From assembly GCA_963753695.1 (NCBI GenBank), contig CAVWDG010000009.1, positions 73,975-137,974 of the forward strand: 64,000 nucleotides of DNA, given 5' to 3'. Below the pieces are notes generated by a model. That model saw nothing but the letters and a program-made list of their open reading frames with translations, made no database searches and had not been told where the DNA came from. How positions within the stretch are numbered: the stretch's first letter is position 1; every line of letters starts with the position of its first letter. Below, piece after piece: positions 20,713 through 28,728 of this stretch. Origin of the DNA: an uncultured Actinomycetes bacterium (lineage in GTDB: Bacteria > Actinomycetota > Thermoleophilia > UBA2241). The translations under genes were made by a program, and so were the position numbers.

Positions 20713-21728
20713 CCCCGACCGCCGCCCCCGACGTCTTCGGGCGCGCGACGACGCGCCTCGTGGCGCTCTTCACCACCATCGTCGTGCTGCTGATCGTCGC
20801 TTCGGGCGTGTTCATGTACCTGACCGTCAAGTCGAACATCTCCGACGTGGCGCAGGGGCGCGGCGGCGAGGGCGAGAACGCCCTCGAGAGCGAGCGGGCC
20901 TCGCGCTCGATCAGCCGCCTGGGCTGGCAGCTCGTGGCCCTTGACGGCGCGATCATCGTGGCGGTCGGCGCCCTGGGCTACTGGTATGCGCGCCGCACGT
21001 TGCACCCCATCCGCGAGCTCTACGGCGCGCAAAAGCGCTTCGTCGCCGACGCCTCGCACGAGCTGCGCACGCCCCTGGCCATCATGAAAGCCGACTTCGA
21101 GGTGGCGTTGCGCGGCGAGAACGCCGACACGCGCGTGGCGGAGCAGTCCGACGAGCTGCGCGAGGCGGTGACCAGCGGCCTCGAAGAGGTCGACCGCATG
21201 AGCGCCATCGTCGACGACCTGCTGACGCTGTCACGCATCGACGCCCATCAGGAGGAGCTGCGCTTCGCGACCGTCGACGTCACGCGCCTGGTGCGCGAGA
21301 CGGTCGAGGCCATGCGCACGATCGGCGAAGGCGCGCGAGTGGCGGTGGCGGTGACGGCGCCGGAAGGCGCCGTCACCGCCACCGCCGACGCCGCGCACCT
21401 CGAGCGCGCGCTGCGCAACGTGGTGCGCAACGCCATCGAGCACTCCACGCCGGGAGGCGGTGTGAGCGTGGCCCTGACCGCCACCCCCGACGAGGCCGCG
21501 GTGCGCGTGACCGACCAGGGGGCGGGCATCGCGGCGGCCGACCTCGAGCACGTCTTCGACCGCTTCTACCGGGGCGACTCGCCGCGCTCGCGCGAGGGCG
21601 GCAGCGGCCTTGGCCTGGCGATCGCCCGCTGGATCGTCGAGCGCCACGGCGGCCACATCACCGCGACCAGCACGCAGGGACAGGGCACGACGATGGCCTT
21701 GCACGTTCCGCTGGCCGGTCCGCGCTGA
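20709..21728 (+). CDS. Sensor histidine kinase
   Basis: GTGA overlap with the regulator; 2 TM; H-box DASHELRTPL; N/G boxes; GSGLGLAI. Confidence 0.93.
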   Translation: MTPTAAPDVFGRATTRLVALFTTIVVLLIVASGVFMYLTVKSNISDVAQGRGGEGENALESERASRSISRLGWQLVALDGAIIVAVGALGYWYARRTLHPIRELYGAQKRFVADASHELRTPLAIMKADFEVALRGENADTRVAEQSDELREAVTSGLEEVDRMSAIVDDLLTLSRIDAHQEELRFATVDVTRLVRETVEAMRTIGEGARVAVAVTAPEGAVTATADAAHLERALRNVVRNAIEHSTPGGGVSVALTATPDEAAVRVTDQGAGIAAADLEHVFDRFYRGDSPRSREGGSGLGLAIARWIVERHGGHITATSTQGQGTTMALHVPLAGPR

Positions 21729-21767
21729 CGCTGCGACCGCCGCGCCGCCTTTCGCGCCGCGCCGCCC

Positions 21768-22877
21768 CTAGACGATGTCGATGGTGAGCTGGCTCGCGCC
21801 GCCGCTCATGCGCACGTCGAAGCGGTCCGTCGAGGCGGCGTAGTTCGCCGACTCGATGCGGCTGCCGCGGCCCATCGAGGCCTGCGACTCGCCGTCGAAG
21901 ACGAGCTGACTGGCGCCGCCTGTGATCTGGGCGGACAGGGCGCAGCCGGCCGGCCTGTGCAGCCGCACGTCGCTGGCGCCGCCCGAGATGTGCACGGGCA
22001 CGACGCCGGTGGCGAGCGGCAACCAGATCTCGACGTCGCTGGCCCCGCCGCCCACCTCGAGCGAGCGCAGCGTGAGGCCGCGCAGGTCGCAGACGAGCTT
22101 CCACATGCCGCCCTTCATCGAGATCTCCCAGGGCACCGCGGGGTTCAGCGCGATAGTCGACTTGGCGACCCGCCAGTCGAAGGGCAGCAGGTGCCGCCTG
22201 TGGCCGATCGTCACGGTGCCACCGTCGACGTTGATGTCTGGGACGCTGCCCTTGAACTCGCCGCGGTAGAGACCGGTCAGCGAGGCGTCGACGCCGATCT
22301 TCGCTTTGGCGGCCCCCTTGATGAACTCGAGCCGGCCGCGCGACACGCCGTCGATCGGAGCCGTGAACAGCCCATTCACCGGCGGCGCGGCGGCGTTCGC
22401 CATATCAGGACCGGGTGGGGGAGAGGCGATGCCGCGCAGCAGCTCTTCGTAGAACTCGCGGATGCCGCGCAGGTAGTCGCGAATGACGGCCACGCCGGCC
22501 GGGTCGATCTGCTCGAGCTGCGCCCGGCCGGCGAGCTCGACCTCGCCGTACACCCGCGCCCCCAGCTCGCGCGTGGCGGCGGTCGAGGTGACCATCACGC
22601 GCCGCCGGTCGCCGGGGTCGGCGACGCGGTTGGCGTAGCCGTTGCGCTCCATGCGGTCGAGCACGGTGGTGATCGCGCCCGGAGTGAGGCCGCTCTCTTC
22701 GGCAAGCTCGCCGGCCGTCACGCGGCCGCGGCGGTAGAGGATTCCGATGCAGCGCAGGTCGGTGCGGTTCAGGCCGGACTGGGCGGCGACCGCCTCGTCG
22801 AGCCGGTCGGCGGTGCGACGCAGCTCGCCAAGCTCGGCGCCAACTTCGTCGATCAATTTGTCGTGGTCGTCTGCCAT
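21768..22877 (-). CDS. MarR-type wHTH fused to a repetitive beta-strand domain (LiaF/DUF2807-like)
   Basis: N-terminus LNRTDLRCIGIL...LTPGAITTVLDRME. C-terminus has repeated GGAS-x-V-x-I units. Confidence 0.8.
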   Translation of the reverse strand: MADDHDKLIDEVGAELGELRRTADRLDEAVAAQSGLNRTDLRCIGILYRRGRVTAGELAEESGLTPGAITTVLDRMERNGYANRVADPGDRRRVMVTSTAATRELGARVYGEVELAGRAQLEQIDPAGVAVIRDYLRGIREFYEELLRGIASPPPGPDMANAAAPPVNGLFTAPIDGVSRGRLEFIKGAAKAKIGVDASLTGLYRGEFKGSVPDINVDGGTVTIGHRRHLLPFDWRVAKSTIALNPAVPWEISMKGGMWKLVCDLRGLTLRSLEVGGGASDVEIWLPLATGVVPVHISGGASDVRLHRPAGCALSAQITGGASQLVFDGESQASMGRGSRIESANYAASTDRFDVRMSGGASQLTIDIV

Positions 22878-22965
22878 GTGTCGCCTCGCTGCCGGGAAGA
22901 AGATACCGCGCGTGCGGCATTCGTGATCTCGCCTTGCTGGTGGCCTGTTCGCCCTTCGACGGTTG

Positions 22966-23030
22966 TTTCCTTGGCAAGCAATATACCACAAACAAATAGT
23001 TTGACACTCAAAATATCTTGGAAGTAAACT
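22966..23030. promoter_or_regulatory. Divergent promoter/operator region
   Basis: AT-rich. TTGACA (23001-06)-N18-TAAACT (23025-30); inverted repeat CAAAC/GTTTG; two CTT-N2/3-AAG boxes. Confidence 0.55.
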
Positions 23031-23107
23031 GCTGACGTTCCGGCAATGCCTCTATGCGCGACCGCTCAAGGTCGCCGGCCACGAGGTTCGGCAGAAGTAG
23101 GAGTCAC

Positions 23108-24088
23108 ATGACTGAGATGGCGATCGAGGCGACCGGTCTCGTGAAGACCTACCCCAAGGGGGTGAAGGCGCTCGACGCGCTGAGCTTCGGCGTCGCCGCG
23201 GGCAGCGTGTTCGGCCTGGTCGGGCCCAACGGCGCCGGCAAGTCGACCACGGTGAAGATACTGACGACGCTCTCACGGCCCGACAGCGGCGCCGCTCAAG
23301 TGGCCGGCATCGACGTGCTGCGCCGGCCCGACGACGTGCGCCGGGCGATCGGCTGCGTGGCCCAGAAGTCGGGCGTCGACGTGCACGCCTCGGGGCGCGA
23401 GAACCTGCTGCTCCAGGGACGCCTGTACAGCATGGGCGGTCGCGAGCTCGACCGGCGCGTCGACACCATGCTCGAGCGGTTCGGTCTGGCCGACGCGGCG
23501 CGCCGCGTCACCAGCACCTACTCGGGCGGTATGCAGCGCAAGCTCGACGTCGCGATGGGCCTTGTCCACAGTCCCCAGGTCCTGTTCTTGGACGAGCCCA
23601 CGACCGGCCTCGATCCCGAGGCCCGCGCCGACATGTGGGGCGAGATCGAACGCCTCGCCGGCGAGGAAGGCCTCACCATCCTGCTCACGACGCACTACCT
23701 CGAAGAGGCCGACCGCCTGGCTCACCGCATGGCGATCGTCGACCGGGGCAGGATCGTGGCGCAGGGCACTCCCGAGGAGCTCAAGAGCGAGCTGCACGGC
23801 GACGCCGTGCACATCGAGCTCGATGCCGCGGAGACCAACGGGCGCGCCACGGCGGCGCTCGCCGACCTGGGCGAGGTGCGCGACGTCGTGGTCGAGCACG
23901 GCCGCCTGCTGCACGCGCGCACCGACAACGGCGCCCGCGCCGTGCCCGTCATGCTGCAGGCGCTCGAGGCGCACGGCCTGCCCGTGGTCTCGGTCACGGT
24001 CGCGCGCCCGTCGCTCGACGACGTCTATCTGAAGTACACCGGTCGGCGGTTCGAAGACGCCGACGCGGCCACGGAGGCGACCCGATGA
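23108..24088 (+). CDS. ABC-2 exporter ATP-binding subunit (DrrA-like)
   Basis: GPNGAGKST, YSGGMQRKL, FLDEPTTGLDP, TTHYLEEAD. Confidence 0.93.
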   Translation: MTEMAIEATGLVKTYPKGVKALDALSFGVAAGSVFGLVGPNGAGKSTTVKILTTLSRPDSGAAQVAGIDVLRRPDDVRRAIGCVAQKSGVDVHASGRENLLLQGRLYSMGGRELDRRVDTMLERFGLADAARRVTSTYSGGMQRKLDVAMGLVHSPQVLFLDEPTTGLDPEARADMWGEIERLAGEEGLTILLTTHYLEEADRLAHRMAIVDRGRIVAQGTPEELKSELHGDAVHIELDAAETNGRATAALADLGEVRDVVVEHGRLLHARTDNGARAVPVMLQALEAHGLPVVSVTVARPSLDDVYLKYTGRRFEDADAATEATR

Positions 24089-24858
24089 CAGCCCTGCGAC
24101 ACACCTACCATCTGACCGTCCGCCAGGTGCGCAACTTTCTGCGCCAGCCCTGGTTCGTGGCGCTCTCGCTGTTCCAGCCGATCATCTACCTGCTGCTCTT
24201 CGGCGCCCTGTTCAAGAAGGTCGTCGAGATCCCCGGGTTCAGCACGAACTCCTACGTCTCGTTCCTCACTCCCGGCATCGTCGTCATGAGCGCCATGTTC
24301 GCCGGCGGCTGGAGCGGCATGGGCCTGATCGACGACCTCGACCGCGGCGTCATGGACCGCTTTCTGGTGGCGCCCACCAGCCGCGGCGCGATCATGCTCG
24401 GCCGCGTCACGCCCCAGGTGCTCACGATCCTCATCCAGACGCTCATCATCGTGGGCCTGGCGCTGCTCGTGGGCGGACGCTTCGGCGGCGGCGTGGCCGG
24501 CGCGGTCATGCTGATCGTCGTCTCGACCCTGCTGTCGATCGGCGTCGCGTCGCTGTCGAACGGCATCGCCCTGCTGCTGCGCAAAGAGGAGTCGGTGATC
24601 GCTGCGGTCAACATGATCCTGCTGCCGCTGATCTTTCTGTCGTCGGCCTTTTTGCAGCAGAACCTGGCGCCGCAGTGGATCCAGGACATCGCCCGCTACA
24701 ACCCGGCCAACTGGGCCATCGTGGCGGGCCGCACCGCGCTCTCGAGCGACGCCACGGCGCACACGGTGCTCACGCACACGCTCTATCTGGCCGTCTTTGC
24801 GGTCGTCTGCACGTTCCTCGCCACACGGGCCTTCCGCTCCTACCAGCGCTCCGTCTGA
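24085..24858 (+). CDS. ABC-2 permease (DrrB-like)
   Basis: ATGA overlap; six TM; FLTPGIVVMS, RYNPANW. Confidence 0.9.
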   Translation: MTALRHTYHLTVRQVRNFLRQPWFVALSLFQPIIYLLLFGALFKKVVEIPGFSTNSYVSFLTPGIVVMSAMFAGGWSGMGLIDDLDRGVMDRFLVAPTSRGAIMLGRVTPQVLTILIQTLIIVGLALLVGGRFGGGVAGAVMLIVVSTLLSIGVASLSNGIALLLRKEESVIAAVNMILLPLIFLSSAFLQQNLAPQWIQDIARYNPANWAIVAGRTALSSDATAHTVLTHTLYLAVFAVVCTFLATRAFRSYQRSV

Positions 24859-24908
24859 GCAACGGCGCCCGGCGCTTGCCCCGTCGGGCGCGGGGGTATG
24901 ATGCCGGC

Positions 24909-25066
24909 GAGCGAGAGCTCGGTCGTGTGCGGGACGAAGGTCTTCGGGTCGTAAACCGCTGTGGGGAGGTGACTCCTCCAAAGAAAGCTCCACACTCGCA
25001 CGCAAGTGCGGGGGAGCTACCGCGCCGGCTTTCGCTCATTGTGCGCGGCCCCTCGGGGCCGCGTTT
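24909..25066 (+). ncRNA. Candidate structured ncRNA of unknown family
   Basis: TATGAT -10 at 24897-24902; terminal stem 24909-18/25028-37; internal hairpins 24929-59, 24965-79 and 24986-25018; terminator hairpin 25044-63 followed by TTTGTCTT; no credible ORF. Confidence 0.6.
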
Positions 25067-25089
25067 GTCTTGGGGCAGGCGCCGAAGCT

Positions 25090-26166
25090 CTAGAGCAGGC
25101 CGGTGAAGTTGCCGGTCCCCCAGGGCGAAGCCGCCACGGCATCGGCCACCGCGATGGCGCTGGTCCCCGACCGCAAGGCCGCGAGAATGCCGCCGTAGTA
25201 GCCGTTGCGCAGCGTGGCGATGGTCGCGGTGAACCCCTGCGCCCAGCTGCGGTAGGCCTTCACGCCCACCGAGTTCATGGCGGTGGCGCCGGGCTCGGGC
25301 ATGGTCGTGTCGAGGGGATTGTAGTGGGCTGAGTTGTGCCAGTGGCCGCCCTCGGCCATCTCCCAGGCGGTGATCGCCGCCGCGTTCTGCTGGGTGAGCG
25401 GCATGCCGAGCTGTTCGAGCAGCGCTTTGGCCCACGTGATGGGCGTGTAGCTGCCCGAGAGCGGCACCGACGAGACCAGGCCGCCGCTGTGCGGGTTCTG
25501 GGCGGCCAGGATGCGCTGGATCTGGCGCGTGAACGCTTCGAGGATGGCGCGCCGCTGGGCGATCTTGTCGGACATCGCCAGGCGCTGCGCGTCGACCTGG
25601 CTCTGGGCGGTCTGTGAGGCGCTGCGCTGGCCGGCGAGCGCGTCGGCGAGGCCCGTGACGTGGGCGTTCAGGCGGGCGAGGTTGGCGGTGTCGCGCTGGC
25701 CCTGCTCGGTCAGGCGCTTGAAGAAGGTGACTTCGGTCTGCGCCTGGGTGAGGGTGGCCGAGCCGGCCAGCACGTCGAGGAACGAGAACCTGCCCATCTT
25801 GTACAGGGCGGCGAGGCGCGCGCCGACCAGGGCGCTCTGCTGGGCGAGCGCGGACTGCGACTGCGAGAGCTGCAGGCGTGTCTGCGAGAGCTTCATGTTC
25901 ACGGCTGTGAGGTTGGCGACGGCGGCGTTGTACTGGGCGCCGATGACCTTCATCTGCGCCTCGAGCTGCGCCATCTGGCGGCGCTGTCCCTGGACCGCCG
26001 CTTCGAGGCCGTTGAGCGTGGTCGGCGTCTGCACGGCGATGATCGCGGTGGGCGAGGCGGCGGCCCGGCCCGGCACCAGCGCGGCGCAGCAGAGGGCGAC
26101 GGCGGCGGCCGCCAAGGCGGCCGCCGCCGTCGCCCGCACGATCCGTGTGTGCCGACGGCGATCCAT
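25090..26166 (-). CDS. Secreted PcsB/CwlO-like coiled-coil protein with C-terminal lysozyme/transglycosylase-like domain
   Basis: Signal peptide, long coiled coil with YKMG..SFLDVLAGS, C-terminal AWEMAEGG...YNPLDTT...GVKAY. Confidence 0.78.
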   Translation of the reverse strand: MDRRRHTRIVRATAAAALAAAAVALCCAALVPGRAAASPTAIIAVQTPTTLNGLEAAVQGQRRQMAQLEAQMKVIGAQYNAAVANLTAVNMKLSQTRLQLSQSQSALAQQSALVGARLAALYKMGRFSFLDVLAGSATLTQAQTEVTFFKRLTEQGQRDTANLARLNAHVTGLADALAGQRSASQTAQSQVDAQRLAMSDKIAQRRAILEAFTRQIQRILAAQNPHSGGLVSSVPLSGSYTPITWAKALLEQLGMPLTQQNAAAITAWEMAEGGHWHNSAHYNPLDTTMPEPGATAMNSVGVKAYRSWAQGFTATIATLRNGYYGGILAALRSGTSAIAVADAVAASPWGTGNFTGLL

Positions 26167-26250
26167 GCTAGGTGTATCGGTCTCTCGGCAGCGGCCTTTA
26201 CACCTGAAACGCCGGCCGTGGGTGAGCGGCCGGCGTTCGCTACTGGGCTG

Positions 26251-26454
26251 CTAGCCCAGGCGGCGGTGCGCCCTCAGGTCGCAGCGCTGCCAGGCCTTGT
26301 CGTTCTCCTCGACGTCGGCGTCGGTCATGAGACACCGCTCGCTCGTACCGGCGACTCTCTCGAGATGCACCTTCCCGTGACAGGTCGGGCACTCGGCAGT
26401 CGTCTCGGGGGGAGTCTCGAGGCATACCCCGCAGTAAGGGCAACAGACTTCCAT
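26251..26454 (-). CDS. Small zinc-ribbon protein
   Basis: MEVCCPYCG...CPTCHG (two CxxC); purine-rich SD. Confidence 0.6.
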   Translation of the reverse strand: MEVCCPYCGVCLETPPETTAECPTCHGKVHLERVAGTSERCLMTDADVEENDKAWQRCDLRAHRRLG

Positions 26455-26559
26455 GGCAACCCCCTTCATGACTCCGATCACACCTCGATGGTACTCCTTT
26501 TTTACCGGCGTGGGCAGGCGTTTCTTGACGCCGCGCTCGATCGGCGCATGCTTCGAGGG

Positions 26560-27267
26560 CTAGCGCGAGGTCGCCGGAGCGACCACCAGCCTCACGTTCA
26601 GCAGCGGCGTGCCGACGGCGCCCATGAAGCGCAGCCAGAGCGGCAGGTACATCTCCAGTCCGCGCGCGGCGGTGATGTCGCCGACGTCGACGATCCGGGT
26701 CCAGCCGAGCCAGGCATCGAGCACGTTGGCGCTCACCCAGGCCTTGGCCGCCGCGTCGTTGCCGGCGACGAACAGGTCGGTGTCTTCGCCCAGGCGTGCC
26801 GGGTCGACCATCACGGCGACGGTCACCGTGTTCAACGTCTTTACCACCCGCGCCTCTGGGTAGGCGGCCTGAATGCGTTCGCCCAGCGAGTCGTCGTTGC
26901 AGAAGGCCAAGCCGGGCGGCATGCCGTGCGAGAAGTCGAGCGGGTTGGAGAGGTCGATCAGGATCTTGCCCTCGATGTCGGCGGGGTCGGCGCTGCCCAG
27001 CGCGGCCAGCGAGGCGGTCCCCGATGTGGCGTTGATCAGCAGTTCGCCGAACGTGGCGGCCTCGGCGAAGGTGCCGGCCGCGGCCTCGCGCCCCACGTCG
27101 AAGTTCACGGTGGCCCACGCGTCGGCCGACGGAATGACGCCGCGGGCGCCCAGGTCTTTGGGCAGGTCGGGATCGCGCGCGCTGATCATGACCGCCTGAC
27201 CGACCGCCAGCAGCCGTTCGCCAAGCGTCTGGGCGACGAGCCCGGATCCTATGATGCCGATGTTCAT
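26560..27267 (-). CDS. NADPH-dependent F420 reductase-like / NADP oxidoreductase
   Basis: Rossmann IGIIGSG, LIDLSNPL, RVVKTLNT, AGNDAAAK, DVGDITAARGLE. Confidence 0.88.
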   Translation of the reverse strand: MNIGIIGSGLVAQTLGERLLAVGQAVMISARDPDLPKDLGARGVIPSADAWATVNFDVGREAAAGTFAEAATFGELLINATSGTASLAALGSADPADIEGKILIDLSNPLDFSHGMPPGLAFCNDDSLGERIQAAYPEARVVKTLNTVTVAVMVDPARLGEDTDLFVAGNDAAAKAWVSANVLDAWLGWTRIVDVGDITAARGLEMYLPLWLRFMGAVGTPLLNVRLVVAPATSR

Positions 27268-27483
27268 GGCGCCCTCCGTGACCGACAGTAGCTCTGCGGC
27301 GACCGGCGCCCGTTCAGGGCACCGGCGCCCGACCTCTCGACTGTACCCACTGGGCTCCGCGGCGCACGCCGTCGAGCGCCGCGCCGCACCGCCCCGCATG
27401 GACGGACGGGTGGGTGATATCGTGGCCGCACAGGTATCGGAGATCGCCGGGCGACGCCCGGAACGACTACGACGGGGCCCTCC

Positions 27484-28728
27484 ATGACTCAGGCAGCAGA
27501 GCAGACCCTCGCCCAAGGCATCGACGGCGCCGATTTGCGCCGCTACGCCGACCTCGTGCTGCGCTGCGGGGTGAACCTCGAGGCGGGTCAGAAGATCCTG
27601 ATCACCGGCGACGTGCAGCACGCCTACCTGATCGCCGCCCTGGCCGAGCGCGCCTACGCCAACGGGGCGAGCGCGGCCGAGACCCTCTACTTCGATGATC
27701 GCGTGCTGGCCGCCAAGGCCGGCGGCGCGCCTACCGACGCGCTCGCCGCCTCGGTGCCGGCCTGGTACGAGGCCGCCTACCAGACCGTGATCGACGAGCG
27801 CTGGGCGCGCATCCGCACCCTCGGTGACCCCCTCGACGACCCCTACGCAGGCGTGCCCGTGGCGCGCGCCACAGCGCTGCAGACGGCCGTGACCCTGCCG
27901 GCCTACCGCACGATCGACGCGCGCATCAACTGGAACCTGTGCCTTTGTCCGACCTCCGCCTGGGCACGACGCATCTACGGCGAGCCCGACGTCGCGCGGC
28001 TGTGGCGCGACCTGCGCTACGCCGTGCGCTTAGACGAAGCCGACCCGGTGGCCGCCTGGAGCGCCCGCCACGACGAACTGGCGCTGCGCGCCGCGCACCT
28101 CGACCAGGCGGGCTTTGCCGCGCTGCGCTTTCGCGGCGGCGGCACCGACCTCTTCGTGCCGCTGCACGGCGACGCCCGCTGGCAGCCGGCCTGGCTGACC
28201 ACGAGCTGGGGTCGCGAGTTCCTCTGTAATCTGCCCAGCGAGGAGATCTACGTGGCGCCCGACTTCAGGGGCGTGGAGGGCACCGCCGTGGCCACGCGAC
28301 CGGTCACCGTGAACGGCGTGCTGGTCGCAGGTCTCACGCTGCGCTTTGTCGACGGCGTCATCGTCGAGGTGACCGCCGACACCAACGCCGACGTGGTGCG
28401 CGCCAGCTTAGACGAAGACGCCGGCGCCCGGCGGCTGGGCGAGGTGGCGCTCGTCGATGCCTCGTCGCGGGTGGGCAAGCTCGGCACCGTCTTCTTCGAG
28501 ACGCTGCTCGACGAGAACGCCGCCTGCCACATCGCCTGGGGCGCCGCCATCCACGACTCGTTCCCCGAGGGCCTGCCCCAAGGCGAGGCCGCTCTGGCGG
28601 CGCGCGGGGTCAACGACTCGGCCGTCCATCAGGACGTCATGATCGGCGGACCCGAGGTGACCGTGACCGGCATCAGCGCCGCGGGCGCCGAGCTGCCGGT
28701 CCTGGTCGGCGAACGCTGGGAGATCTAG
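27484..28728 (+). CDS. Aminopeptidase, M29 (AmpS/PepS) family
   Basis: NLPSEEIY, LGEVALV, LLDENAACHIAWG, NDSAVHQDVMIG. Confidence 0.92.
   Translation: MTQAAEQTLAQGIDGADLRRYADLVLRCGVNLEAGQKILITGDVQHAYLIAALAERAYANGASAAETLYFDDRVLAAKAGGAPTDALAASVPAWYEAAYQTVIDERWARIRTLGDPLDDPYAGVPVARATALQTAVTLPAYRTIDARINWNLCLCPTSAWARRIYGEPDVARLWRDLRYAVRLDEADPVAAWSARHDELALRAAHLDQAGFAALRFRGGGTDLFVPLHGDARWQPAWLTTSWGREFLCNLPSEEIYVAPDFRGVEGTAVATRPVTVNGVLVAGLTLRFVDGVIVEVTADTNADVVRASLDEDAGARRLGEVALVDASSRVGKLGTVFFETLLDENAACHIAWGAAIHDSFPEGLPQGEAALAARGVNDSAVHQDVMIGGPEVTVTGISAAGAELPVLVGERWEI

Noticed and set aside
24927-24960. Remnant of a 16S rRNA gene
   Set aside because: Only about 34 nt resemble 16S and the flanks do not. 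Reported as part of a candidate ncRNA instead.
24980-25040. RNase P or T-box RNA
   Set aside because: AAGAAAGCTCC and GCTACCGCG only loosely echo GAGGAAAGTCC and TGGNACCGCG. The length is too short for RNase P and there is no downstream gene for a T-box.
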